A stretch of DNA of 64,000 nucleotides, from NCBI GenBank assembly GCA_025594325.1, contig JANHCV010000001.1, positions 4,588,001 through 4,652,000 on the forward strand, given 5' to 3'. The position numbers and the translations under genes were made by a program. How positions within the stretch are numbered: the stretch's first letter is position 1; each line of letters opens with the position of its first letter. The notes below the pieces were generated by a model that was not told the DNA's origin, did no database searches, and saw only the letters and a program-made list of their open reading frames with translations. The stretch is from Blastocladiella emersonii ATCC 22665 (Eukaryota > Fungi > Blastocladiomycota). Positions 44,654-57,143 of the stretch are shown here, piece after piece.

Positions 44654-47600
44654 TCACGGGACATGCCCAGCTCCCCGGTCTCTAACCGTGGCGTCTCCCG
44701 GCGGCGGCGCCTTGGCCATCGTCGCGGACGTGTTGAACGCCGACTTGCCGCGCAACTTGACGCTCGGCGGCTCGAGCCGCGAGTCGAGCGTGATGGCGTG
44801 CGCGTAGTCCTGCAGGGCGCCCGTCATCTTGCCGAGCTGGCCGCGGCTAAAGATTCGGGACGGGAAGCGCAGAGTTAGGTTCGAGCAAGCATCGCGGTCA
44901 CTCGGGACAAGGGCGGCACGCCGCCGCAATGGACGCGGTCGGGGGACGATGTCCTCATCTCCGGTGATGCAGGCGCAATCACCCTCGACCCGCGTCCATC
45001 GCGGCCGAGATGAGGTGCAAGCTCGATGGCCACGGCCAGGGCGGCGGCGGCGGGCCGGTGCACCAGACGCGTCGCAAACGTCTCACACGCGTCGGCTGAA
45101 CTGGAGCTACGTACATCTCAGCACGCTTGATCCACGCGTCCACGGCCTGGGGAACCAGTTGGAGCGTCTTGTTGAGGTGGGCCTCAGCCGCGGCGAACTG
45201 CGACTGGCGTTGGCACAGGATCGCGAGGTGATACATGACGCGCGCCGCCTCCTCGGGCGACTGCGCAAACTGGCGCGCGTGTTCGAGGTCCATCTCGGCT
45301 TGGCCGTAGTCTAGAATACGCGCGGAAGGGGGTGCGGAGATGGTATCAGTGTCAGTGGCCGGTGGAACACCGAGATCACGGAACGGATCAGAGCGAGGCG
45401 CGGCGCGGCACGGTGCGAGACGTTTGCTCGGCCATCGCGTCTCCCATCACGCGGTCACCACCGACGCGCCGAGCTACATGAGCCAGCAATCGCCGCCGAC
45501 CTTGGCACGCCGCGTGACGCGCAAGACAACGACGAGGGTGCGATGCAGAAATATCGTCCCCGCGCCGTCATGTGCCAGTCAGGGACACGAATCCGCGCGC
45601 GTGAACGCGTCCCGCCGACCAAGAATAGCCGGCGCGGGCGAAGCGCAACACACGCGTCGCCCAAGGCCGCCCCACATCCAGGTCCGCAAATAGCGGGCTT
45701 CGGGTGAAAGGAATCGAACGCGAGAGGACAAGGGCGGAGCAGAATTAAACGACGTTGCAACGCGGCGGCCGCGACAGCGACGACGGCGTATAAAACGGCC
45801 GCCACCGTTGCTGCGTCGGGTCCACGTTGGGCCAGCGAGAAGGAAGGACAAGGCGACAAGGCAGGGACGAAAGGATGGCGCGAGCATGGGGTACTCCACG
45901 GCGGAGAACAAAGCGAAGCGTACCTTGCAGCTCGATGCACGTCAGGGCGCGGTTGACGAGCGCGTGGTAGTCGTCGGCGTCGAGCGCGAGCGCCGCGTCG
46001 TAGCACGCCCTGGCGCGCTCCCAGCTCTGCTGGGCAAAGTACAGGTTGGCCGCGTTGAAGTGCGCGAGCGGGACCGCCGGGTTGAGCGCGATCGCCGCCT
46101 TGAAGTCGCGCAGCGCCGCGACGTGGTCGCCCATGGCCTGGTACACGACGCCGCGGTTGACCATGGCGTTGGCGTCGTTCGGGTCGAGCGTCACGGCCGA
46201 CGTCATGTCGAGCAGCGCCGCGAAGAAGTCGCCGCGCGCCAGGTGGATCGACGCCCGGCCCTGCAGCGCGGCCGTGCAGTTCGGGTCGAGGGCTAGCGCC
46301 GCCGTGAAGTGATCCCACGCCCGACGCGGCGCGCCGATGCGCTGCGTCACGTAGCCGAGGTTCACGTACGCCTCGACGCACCGCGGCTGCAGGTGCAGGC
46401 AGCGGGCGTAGTCTCCACTACAAGTGTTACGCGTCAGTGGTCGTCGAATTCGATGGTACGAGGGTCGTACATGGCGGCCTGCACGCGGCCCGTCTGCGCG
46501 TACACGTTGCCGCGCGCTAGGTACCCGGACACGTTCTCGGGGTGCGCGGCAATGACCTGCGAGAAGACCTCGACGGCGCGCGGCACGCGGTGGACCTTGA
46601 ACAGCGCGAGGCCGAGCAGCTCGTGCAGCGGGATATCGTCAGGCGTGCCGGCCGCCGCCTCGGACAGGTCGCACAGCGCGGCGTGATAGTCGCCGCACTG
46701 CCAGTGCAAGAACCCACGGTTCCGGTGCGCGGCGAGTGCAATCGAGCGCTGCTTCTCGTCGCTGCTGTCCTCGGACAGCGACCGGTTGATGCTCTCGCTG
46801 AGGTCCATGGCCGCGCCCGTGGCCGCCGTGGTCCCGCCTCCGCTGCCGCTCGCGTTCGGGCTCCCACCGCTGATCCCGCCGATCGTGCGTCGCGTCGGCC
46901 GCGCCTTGGTGCCCGCGATCATGAGCACGATCGAGTAGTCGCGCAGCGCCGACTGCAGCTCGCCCGCGTGGTGGTGCGTGATGGCGCGGTTGAGGTACGC
47001 GGACGCGCAGTCGCGGTCAATCTCGGTGACGCGCGTAAAGTCGGCGAGCGCGGCCGGGTACTGCTTGAGGCGGCACCGCAGGAGGCCACGGTACAGGTAC
47101 CCGCGGACGGACCCGGGCTCGAGGCGGATGGCCGTGGTGCAGTCCTCGACGCCCTCGTTGAACCGACCTTGCCGCTCGTAGTGGCTCGCGCGCGTCAGGT
47201 ACGCCTCGAACATCTTGGGGTCCTGGCGGATCGCCTCGTTGATGTCCTCGAGCCCGCCGAGCGCGTCGCCCGAGACGAGCCGGCACACGCCGCGGTGGTA
47301 GTACGCCTTGGCGAACTTGGGCGACAGCACCACGCACCGCGTGTACTCGTTGGTCGCCTGCGCGTACCGGCGCAGGCTCTGGTAGCACAGCCCGCGGTGC
47401 AGGTGCAGTTGCGGCTCCGAGTTGTTGGGCGACTCGTTGAGGATCGCGAGCGCGCCCTCGGCGTCGCCCGTGCGCATCTTGGCCTTGGCCACGAGCACCA
47501 GCAGGTTGTCCTCGAACCGCACGCCCGCCGCCTTCTGGTCGGCAAACTCGCGGATGATCTGCGCGTACTTGCCCTGGAACGACAGGATGAGTGACCGCTG

Positions 47601-50600
47601 CAGGAACGTCTGCGCGATGCCCGAGTTGAGCTCGAAAGCCGTGTGGAAGTCGTGCATCGAGAGACCCGTTTTCCTACACAACGTCGCAAGAGCAAGTGAG
47701 TGATGGCTCAAACAATCGGTCCCGACCCAAGCGTACTTTTGCCGCAGCAACAGTCGCCCGCGGTACAGGTACAGCGTGTAGTTGCGCGGGTACAGCCGGA
47801 TTGCGCGCGAGTACTCGCGGGTTGCGCGCTCGAGAAAGTTGACCTCGACGGCGCCCGCGTTCTTCTTGCGCAGCCGCCGGATGATGCTGCCCGACACCAT
47901 GAACGACTCGTGGTGGAGCAGCTGGCACAGCTCGGCGCGGGCGAGGTACGCCTTGAGCAGGAGCGGGTCCATGTCGAGCGCCGTGTCGAGGTGCTGCATC
48001 GCCTGGACGTAGTCGTCGAGGTGGTGCATGGCGAGGATCCCAAGGTTGAGGTGCAGGTGCGCCGTGGCCGCGAGCTCCGACACGCGCATCCAGTCGCTGT
48101 GCGCGAGCTCGTACCGGCCCTCGGTGTAGTAGACGTGGCCGCGGTACAGCAGCGCGTCGACGTTGTTCTCGTCGAGCAGGAGCGCGACGCTGAGGTCCTC
48201 GAGCGCGCGCTTCGGGCTGACGATCCGCGCGAGGCAGCCGCGGTGGACGTACGGCTCGGGCGCCGCCGGGTCGAGCCGGATCGCCGCGGTGAAGTCGTCG
48301 AGCGCGCGGCCCCAGTGCGTCAGCTGCGCGAGCGCCGCGCCGCGGAGGAACGTGGCGCGGGCGTCGTTCGGGTGCGCGTCGAGAATGACCTGGATCGTGC
48401 TGAGCGCGTCCTCGTACAGCTCCTTGTCGAGGTAGTACTGGACGTGCCGCCACACGGCGTCCATGCACGCCGGGTTGTGGGCGCGCACCATCTTGAAGTC
48501 CTCGAACGCGTACATGGGCTCCTTGGTTGCCTCGTGCATGCACCCGCGCTCGTAGTAGATGCGCCAGCTCTCGGGGCCCGGACGCAGCTTGAGGACGTGC
48601 GTGTACCCATTGATGCAGAGCCGGCTCGGGCCGAGCAGCTGGTGCAGCCGCGCCTTGAGCGCCCACGCCTCGACGAGGTTGCGGTCCTTTGCGAGCACGT
48701 CCTCGAGGTCGCGCAGCGCGTCCTCGGGCTTGCCGCACATGACGCGCAGCTGCGCACCGAGGTACAGCAGCGCGGCGGGCGCGGCCGACACGAGCTCGGC
48801 GTTGATGCGGGCGAGGGCCTCGTCGAGCCGGCCCGAATTGGCCATCCAGAACAGCGTGACGGCGCGCGGCGCGCGCTGGGTCTCGGCGAGGTGCCAGATA
48901 TCCCAGCTGACGTCCTGGCTCGGCAGGTCCGGGTTGACGAGGCACGCCATCTCGACGTCGCGGAACTCGGGCAGGTCGACGAGCTGGCCCGCGGCGTCGT
49001 ACATCTCGGACTCGTGCGGGAACGACAGCGGGTGCAGCTCAAAGTGGCCCGGCCACTCGAGCACCTGCGCGACAATGTACTCGCGCGGGTACACGGGCAC
49101 GTAGTCGGCGTCGCCTGGGTCCTCGGACGTGTCCTCGATCGTGTTGTACTCTTTTCCGTCGGCGTCGGTCGTCGGCGCGAGCTCCAGCATCGAGTCGCTG
49201 ATCCCGTACCCGCCGTCCTCGCTGCCGAGCCGGCTCGCCGACGAGACGGACGCGGACGCCGAGAGACGCGAGTTGTCGTCCTGGCTCGACCGTGACCGGT
49301 GGCTCTGCCGGCTGCCAGCGAGCGACACGCCCTTGGTCGGCGTAGCCCCAATCCCAGAAGACGAGCTGCCGGGCGTGGTGGCCGCCAAGACCCGGCTGCC
49401 GCGCTCGCTCGGCTCGTGGAGCGACGAGGCGCCGCGGTGGACGTGCGTCGAGCCGAGCCCGCGACCGGAACTCGTGCCGTGCAGCGGGTGGAACCGATCG
49501 GGGGACGCGGCGGTCCGCAGATCGGGCGTGGTGCCGCCGCGTTGCGCCACATTGAACCCGAGGCTGCGGTTCAGCGCGGCCGCACCGCCCGCGCCGATTG
49601 GCGACGGCGTCGTGGAGCGCGAGAGCGCGTCGGGCTTGGGCTGCACCGACGGTAGAGACGGCGAAGATGAACGTGTCTCGACGATCTGGACGACGGGCGA
49701 GCGGCCCGGCGCGTGCGGTGGGCGGCCCGCAATCCGCTCCGTCGACCCCGCTGCGCTGCGAATGCCCGACGGCACGCCGGGTCCGCTAGAGCCTAGCTCG
49801 GCAGCGAGCCGAGCTAACGCAGGCGGCCGCTTGTGGATGGCGGGTTTGGGCATGGGCGGCGGCGGCGATGGGGTGAGGCGGCCCGGGTGGTCGAGGTGCG
49901 GGCTGCTTCCGGCCGAAGCGGTAGCCGGCAGTGCAGGTAAGGTTTCCGACGCTCCAGCCGCCTCAGCAGCCCGACGTGCGTGGAGCCCGTCGACCGAAGC
50001 CGTGACGGGCGCGGGCCGGCCACTCGCGTTGGACAGCGACCCGAGCACGCTGCCGCCCTCGGATATGGGCGTCGCGGTACTCCGCGCCGACTCGCTGCCC
50101 GAGACGGCGAGCGCAGTCATCATGGGCGCGCCGTCGAGGATGCTGGACATGAACCGCGGCGGTTCCGAGTCGAACGTGCTGACGGGATCAGCGCCAAACG
50201 ACTTGGTCTCGCGCATGTCGTGGCCGCGGACGCTGTCCGAGTCGCTCGAGCCGGGCCGCAGTTCCATGCCGCTCGAGCGCCACTGCGCCGGCGACAATGA
50301 CGTGCTGCCGTCGGCGCTGCGGGTGGAGGGCTCGTGCGACGAGGCGCTCGACGGGGTCGAGTGCATGGTGGCGAGGACCGCGGCGGGACCGAGAGCCGGC
50401 TCGGTCAGCTGCGCCGGCGGCGCTTCGGACTCGGGCGAGGTGCACAGCGGCAGCGCAGCCGTCGAGGGTTTAGACACCGAGATCGAGATACCCGAGGGAC
50501 GGCGCTCGCGGCCGAACGGCTCGTCGCGCTCGGGTGCGGGCCGCGACGAGCTGCGTCGCCGGCGGCGCTGCTGCGAATGCGGACTCGAGGAGCGCCGGCG

Positions 50601-51993
50601 CGACGACGCCACGGGCGAATTGGTCTCGGCCATCTCGAGCGAGTGGATGGCGGAGAGCGGCGGCGGCTCAAACTCGGGCTCGCGGAGGATGAAGCGCATC
50701 GGCGAAATGGTCCAGTGGAACGGTGACGTGGACCGCTGCGGCGATAGTCGGACGGGCGACGCGGACGGCGCCATGGACGTGATGTCGTCGGCCGTGTCCT
50801 CGGCGCGAGCAGCCGCGTACGCGGGGTTCCAGTACGTGGCGCGGTCGAGCTCGTCGGCGGGCTCATGCGGCGGAAACGGGTCCTGGTACTGCAGGTACGG
50901 CGCGGGCGGGCCGGGCGCCAGCTCGTCGATGGCGGTGAAGCGCAGCTTGGGGTGGATCAGCGTGGCCTGGCTGCCCGGGTCCTCGTCGTTGGCGAGCAGC
51001 TTGGCGCGCTGGATCTGCTGTCGCCGGATGAACTCGAGAAAGTCGGCCTGGTTGAGCGACGCCGGGATCTCGACCTGAAGCGGCTCGAAGTGCGGCTGGA
51101 TCGTCGGCGCGGGCGGGACGTTGTCGTCGCCGAGCGCGAGCGCGTTGTTGGACGAAAAGGAGCGGACGTGGATGCTCTCGTCTACGATACACGAATGGTC
51201 AGTTTTTCGTCGATTCGGTCGGACCACGACGAGTAGTACCGTGGTTGAGCTGCACCTCCTCTTCAACGGCATCGTGTTGAACATGGCCTGGCTCGTCGAC
51301 GGGCGCCTGGGTGCTGAGAAACTTGGAGATGGACATGCCGAGCTTCTCGGCCTCAAACTTCTTGACGAGCAGCTTCTTCCGCGGCTTCGGTTTGAGGTAC
51401 GGGATGGGCGGTGGCGGCGACGGGCCAGGTGGACGGCCGCGTGCGACCCGCGGCGCGCCGCGCCCGACACCAAGCGCAGATGATGGTTTGAGGCGAACAG
51501 GTCCCGACCCATGCACTCGAGGCACGTCGGGTTGCGCCGCCGCAGATGAAGCAAAGGAGGCACCGCTGACGTCGCCGGACTGCTTCATGGCCGACATGGC
51601 CCGAGCGCGAGCCTCGCGGAGGATGGGCGGCGTTTTTGGTCGTGGTGGCGGAATGGGCGGGAGCGGGTGTCGGTGGTTCATGGTCGAGCTCGCGGGGGCG
51701 ACTTCGGCTCGTGCTGGAGGTGCGGCAACCGCTGGGCCCGGGTCGGGTGGTCCCGGGCGAGCAGCGGGGTCATCATGTTGCGCAGCGACCTCAGTCGGCG
51801 GTAGTAGTGGTGGTGGTGCGGCAGCCTCAGCATGAGGACGAGTATCGTGGGTTTGCGTGGCCGGCGCAGAGGGCTGCCGTCGCTGCGAGTGGTCGGCGTG
51901 GATGTCGAGAGCCAGCAGCCGCTCCTCATTCTGCAGCAGCATGCGGTAGCGCTGGACGAGGGCGTCGGCGTCCTGCACGCTTCGGACGGCCAT
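44654..51993 (-). CDS. TTC6: Very large multi-TPR protein, TTC6-like; multi-exon
   Basis: Exon 1 from 51993 splices (about 51240 to 51187) into the 46434..51563 ORF. HRGCLARIVSPKRALEDLSVALLL, NLGILAMHHLDDYVQAM, ATREYSRAIRLYP...LYLYRGRLLL resemble TTC6. Further TPR exons continue to the stop at 44654. Confidence 0.75.
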
Positions 51994-52060
51994 TTTTGCA
52001 TCAGCTTTGCATTCTTAGGGTGTGGAGGCGTGAAAAGAGAGGAGACCAGCCGCGAGACAG

Positions 52061-52098
52061 ATTCGCGCGCTCGACGCGTCGAGACGCGTGTTCACGCG
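52061..52098. promoter_or_regulatory. Cluster of CGCG cores, including two ACGCGT (MCB-like) sites, in the TTC6/ECO1 bidirectional promoter
   Basis: attcgcgcgctcgacgcgtcgagacgcgtgttcacgcg; ACGCGT at 52074 and 52084; 12-bp palindrome TCGACGCGTCGA. Confidence 0.4.
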
Positions 52099-52241
52099 GC
52101 AGCACGCGACCCGAGACGGCCGATCCCTTCGACTCCTTGGCGCGCTCTCAGGCTCGCTTTCCCTCGCATGCACCCGCACTTGCCATGAATCCAGCCATCT
52201 GAGCTCTCTTACACTTATTGCACTTTTGCTTCACTTGCACA

Positions 52242-53447
52242 ATGTCTCCTGGACCAACCGTCCCGTCGACGCCCGCGCCCGCGCAGTCCGCACAACTCCC
52301 GCGCTCGGGCTCTGCGCCGCGCACGTACAGCTCGCGGCGGAAGCGCAGGGCCGAAGAGGACGGAGTAGATGCCGAAGACCTAGATGAGCGCGCCCGGACC
52401 CCTTCTGCGGACGAAGCCCGGCTCGCCCTTCGCGAGGTCTTTGCAACCGGCCGCGCCAGCGTCGCTCGTTCCGCTCTCGAATCCCTTGAGTCTGAGCCCG
52501 CACCGTCACCACCGCCGGCGAAGCGGCCCGCCATCCGTGGGCCCATGGACCGCTTCGTCACCGTGTCCCGGCCGAAACCCGCATCGCCCGCGCCTTCCAC
52601 GCCCGCACCCACCTCGGCCTCGAAGCCCTCGCCGAGTCAGCCGCCAGCCGCTTCCTCCTCGTCGAGCACGAAACCATCCTCGTCGCCGTCGAGCATGAAG
52701 CCGCCCTCGAAGCTGACCACGCCCAAAGCGAAAATCCAAACGCGGCTCAACTTTGGCCAGCGCGGGCAGGGCGTGATCCGGTGCTCGGGCTGCGCCATGT
52801 ACTACCTCCCGACGAGCGAGTCGGACCGCAAGCTGCACGACCGGCACCACGCCGCCAGTCTCAAGGGCATCGAGTTCCCCGGGTACCGCGCCGAGTTGCT
52901 GCTCCCCGACGACCCGGAGCTCGCGCCTGCGACCGAGTCGTCGTCGCCGATTCGGTTTGTTCTCATCGACCCGTGCGCGAAACCCGCACCGTCCTCGGCG
53001 CTCCGTGCCAAGGGCCGCGCCATCATGGACCACGTCGACGAAGCCCTGGGCGCCTCCTCGCTGCCGTTTGACCCTCCCGACGCGTCCGATTCCGACACCG
53101 AGCTTCCGCCGTGGCTCCTCGTCGCCGTCCAGGGCCGGTTCGCAGTAGGCGCCGTGGTGGTCGACCGCGACGTCAAGGAGGCGTGGCCCGCGCAGTCGGC
53201 CAACGACACGCTCCCCGAGTCGATTCCCCCGCCGTCGTGCACCGTGACGGGCGTGGCGCGCATCTGGGTGCACCCGAGCCACGGGCGGCGCGGGATCGCG
53301 TCGCGGATGCTGGGCGCCGTGTGCGAGCACGTCGGGATCGGCAAGTCGGCGCGCAAGGCAGCGCTGGCGTTCTCGCAGCCAACCGAGTCCGGGTGGGCGC
53401 TGGCCAAGGCGTTCATCGGGTCGCCCGAGGTGCTCATCTACCTTTGA
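52242..53447 (+). CDS. ECO1: Cohesin acetyltransferase Eco1/ESCO
   Basis: Q..L.FGQ motif (PIP-like) followed by a C2H2 finger (CSGCAMYY...SESDRKLHDRHH) and a GNAT end (GVARIWV.PSH.RRGIASRML, AFSQPTESG.ALA). Confidence 0.92.
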   Translation: MSPGPTVPSTPAPAQSAQLPRSGSAPRTYSSRRKRRAEEDGVDAEDLDERARTPSADEARLALREVFATGRASVARSALESLESEPAPSPPPAKRPAIRGPMDRFVTVSRPKPASPAPSTPAPTSASKPSPSQPPAASSSSSTKPSSSPSSMKPPSKLTTPKAKIQTRLNFGQRGQGVIRCSGCAMYYLPTSESDRKLHDRHHAASLKGIEFPGYRAELLLPDDPELAPATESSSPIRFVLIDPCAKPAPSSALRAKGRAIMDHVDEALGASSLPFDPPDASDSDTELPPWLLVAVQGRFAVGAVVVDRDVKEAWPAQSANDTLPESIPPPSCTVTGVARIWVHPSHGRRGIASRMLGAVCEHVGIGKSARKAALAFSQPTESGWALAKAFIGSPEVLIYL

Positions 53448-53507
53448 GCGAATGTGTGCACTACGAGTTGTTTTTGTTATAAATACACGAGCTACCTGCA
53501 CAAATCC

Positions 53508-54074
53508 TCATCCGCGCTTGCTCTCGGCCTGGAGCTTGTCGAGCAGCAGGTTGATGCGGCCGCGCATGTTGGGCTGGCCGCGTTCGTTGGCCTTGTTCAT
53601 GACGGTCGACATGCGGTGGCGCTTCTTGTGGGCCTTCTTGCGCGCCCTGTCGGCGTCCTCCTTGGCGCGCAACCGCTCCTTGATCTCGCGCTCGCGCTCC
53701 TCGCGGATCCGCTGCGCCTCCTCCATGGCCTTCTTGAACGGGTTCGGCTTGGCGCTCTTGGGCGCCGCCCCCTCGGGCTTCTTGCCCTTGCCGCCGGGAC
53801 CGAACTTGCCCGGCGCGGCAGCGGGACGTTCCCGTGGTGGTTGCGGCGCCTGCCTGGTTGGTTCCCGGCGCTTCGACTGCTGCTCAATCTCCTGCAGCTC
53901 CGCGTCCGAGATCTTGACCTAAATAATCATCCCAATCAGTAAGTAGTCCATTCCGCGCCGGCGCAAGGCGGGATGAGCGCATACCCCTCCCTCGCCGTAG
54001 CCCTCGCGCTCGAGCAGCTTGGCGTAGCTGCGCTTGATCTTGGAGTTGTGGATGAGCTTGTGCTTTCCCTTCAT
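53508..54074 (-). CDS. rRNA-processing protein, FYV7/CCDC59-like; 2 exons
   Basis: K.KLIHNSKIKRSYAKLLEREG...KPNPFKKA.EE...REERE...K.....RGQPNM..RIN.LLDKL matches the family pattern. The start codon is uncertain. Confidence 0.75.
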
Positions 54075-54332
54075 GGTGACAGATTGCATAGACTGGTGGG
54101 TCGGTATAGGGTAAAGTCGATGCATGGATGGAGGGGACAGGTCGGCGGTCGCGACCACGGCGGAGACACGGAGCGAAGTGTCTCCGCCTCCCCCGTGCCA
54201 CAGCGTGACCGGTCGCGTCGCGCGTCGCGCCTCGGCCCCGCTCGTGCGAGACGTTCGGTTCCGCGCTGCGCACTCACCCCCACGGCGATCACCTCGCGCG
54301 CTTGCAGCTTAGCGCAAACACACGAATCTGCA

Positions 54333-57038
54333 ATGTCACCAGCACCGTACATGCCCGGGTCGTACCCGCAGTCGTCGCACGGCGGGAGCGGCGCGACGGC
54401 CGCCGGGCGCACGTCGTCGTGGGGCCGCGGCGGCGGCGAGATGGGTGCCGGCATCGGCATGGGCGCCGGGATCGGAGCACCCGCGACACGCATGGGTGTT
54501 TCGCGAGCCGGCGTCTCGCGCGCTGGGGGCGCTGGCATGTCCCACGCCGGCGGCGCCGACAGCAAGGCGCGGCCCGTGACGAGCAACCGTGCGGCCGGGT
54601 TCTCGAGCCGCGGGCGGCCCGGCACCTCGGCCAACATGGCGGCGTTTGATCCGTTTCGCGTCAACAGTGGGTACCCATGTATGCCGAGTTGGCGGGCGCA
54701 AGAGGGCTAACACGCGGCTTGAACAGAGAACGGCGGACCCGCGGGCGGTCCCGGCGACGCGCCCAAGCCCGAGCCGACGCCCGAGGAGCAGGTGCGCGAC
54801 GTGGAGCGGGCCATTTTCGCGCTGCTGCACGAGAGCTCGCTCGCGACGGCCGAGGGCCGCGCAGCGGTCGGGCTCGCCAAGGCCAAGGAGGCCGGGAAAC
54901 GCGAGCGGGCGCTGCTGCGTCAGCGCGAGCAGCTCGGGCTCATGGAGAGCGTGAACCTGGACCTGACGTACTGCGTGCTGGTGAACCTGGCGCACCAGTA
55001 CCGGGCCAACAACATGCTGAGCGAGGCCATCAACACGTACGGCGTGGTGGTCAAGAACAAGACGTTCCACCAGTCGGGCCGGCTGCGCGTCAACATGGGC
55101 AACATCTACGCCGACATGGGCAAGCTGTCGCAGGCCATCAAGATGTACCGCATGGCGCTCGACCAGCTGTCGCCGCAGGTGCACCGCGACCTGCGCCTCA
55201 AGGTCCTGCACAATCTCGCCTCCACCTTCTTCCGGTGCGGCCAGCTGCAGGACGCCGTCACCGCGCTCGAGACCATCATGGAGACGCTGCCCGACCACAA
55301 GGCCGCCTTCAACCTCGTCCTGTGCTACTACGCCCTCGGCGACAAGGAAAAGATGCGACGCACTTTCCAGCGCCTCGTCAACATCCCGCACCCGCGCATC
55401 GAGTCGGACCCCGACGGCGCCACCGGCTCGGGAAGCGGCGGCGGTAACGGCGGGATGAGCTCGCTCATGGGCTCGACGGGCGTCATCGACGAGGGCCTGT
55501 TCTCGGGCGAGGACTCGCTGCGCCAGCTCGCGCGCCAGACGGCCAAGTCGATTGAGCGGCAGACGCTGCTCGCGGGGAAGCTCGTCGCTGCGTCCGTCGG
55601 CCCGGGCGACCCGGAAGCCATCGGGCAGGCGTACGACTGGCTCGTCGAAGTCGTCCGGTCCTCGCCGAGCGCGGCCGTCGCGAGCGAGCTCGAGATGGCC
55701 AAGGCCGTGCACCACCTGCGGGCGCGGGACACGGCGCGCGCCGCCGAGTGCCTGCGCGAGTTTGAGCGGCGCGCGGGGGACTCGGCGCCGCTCGCCGCGT
55801 CCATGGCGGCGACCAACCTCGCATTCCTCGCGCTGCTCGAGAACGACACCGAGGCCGCGGCAACGCACGCCGACGCCGCCATCAACCGCGACCGGTACAA
55901 TGCCCGCGCGCACGCGAACCGTGGGACTGCGCACTACCTCGCGGGCGAGTTCGGAAACGCGCGCGACATGTACGTCGAGGCGGTCAGTCTCGACGCCGAG
56001 TGCGCCGAGGCCGCGTTCAACCTCGGGCTCGCGTACAAGTCGCTCGGCCAGCTGCAGGACGCGCTCAAGGTGTTTGAGAAGCTGCACGCGATGCTCCGCG
56101 GGAGCCCCGAGGTCATTTGCAACCTCGCCGAGCTGTACGTCTCGCGATTTTCAGGGGCTCGAACAGCTCGCTAACCCATCATGTCGTCCGCGATAGCCAC
56201 GAGCGCATGAGCAACATCCCGCAGGCGCTCGAGTGGTACAGCGTACTGATTTCGATCGTGCCGACGGACGCCAACGCCCTGGCCAAGCTGGGCGACCTGC
56301 ACTCGCGGCTCGACGACCAGGCGCAGGCGCTGCACTACTACGCCGAGGCGCACCGGTACGACCCGTCGCACACGGACTCGCTGGCGTGGCTCGCCGCCCA
56401 CTACGTCAAGTGCGAGGCGTACGAGCAGGCGTTCCCGCTCTTCGAGCGCCTCGCGGCGCAGGACCCCAAGGAGATCCAGTGGCCGCTCATGGCCGCGTCG
56501 TGCCTGCGCCGCTCGGGCAACTACCCGGCCGCCATGGCCGCCTACGCCCGCGTCCACGCCGCTTGGCCCAACTCGGTCGAGACGCTGCGGTTCCTCGTCC
56601 GCATGGCCGCTGACGTCGCCGCCAAGGAGTACCCCGAGTGGCAGGCCAAGCTCACCGCGCTCGAGGCGCGGACTGAAAATGGCGGGAGCGGCAGTGGTGG
56701 CGGGAACGGGTCCGCGGGATCGAACGGCAACGGCCGTGCGAACGGCAGCGTGTCGGGCCTTGTCGGCGTCGGTTCGGCGGGATCGGTTGCGGGCGGCCTC
56801 GACTCGGCCGAGCGGACCATGTCCAACCTCAGCTTGCGCCGGTCCTCGTCCAGCACCGTCCCGGGAACCCGCGCCGAGAGCAGTAACGGGGCTCGATCGA
56901 GTATCTGTACGTTTTCGCACCTTGTCGCTCTCACGATTTTCGCTGACCTACCCTTGCCCTCGCTCAGACGTTGCCAAGGACACGACCGTGTACCGCGAAG
57001 AGGCCGAGGACCACAACGTCGTCGACATGCTCCCGTAG
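54333..57038 (+). CDS. IFT88: Intraflagellar transport protein 88; multi-exon
   Basis: AKEAGKRERALLRQREQ...NLDLTYCVLVNLA.QY, VKNKTF..SGRLRVNMGNIY, AIKMYRMALDQ, FNL.LCYYA.GDKEKMRR.FQRL, DRYNA.A..N.G, LA.LG.L.....D..QA.HYY.E..RY.P and W.LM.ASC.RRSGNY..A. Confidence 0.95.
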
Positions 57039-57143
57039 CAGCACGCACCGCGGGTCCTCCATTTACAAAATGAACCGTGTAAGACTTTTGATTGATATCT
57101 ATGTTGAGATGTTGTACACGCGCGCGCTCGCCGGCCCTTTCTC

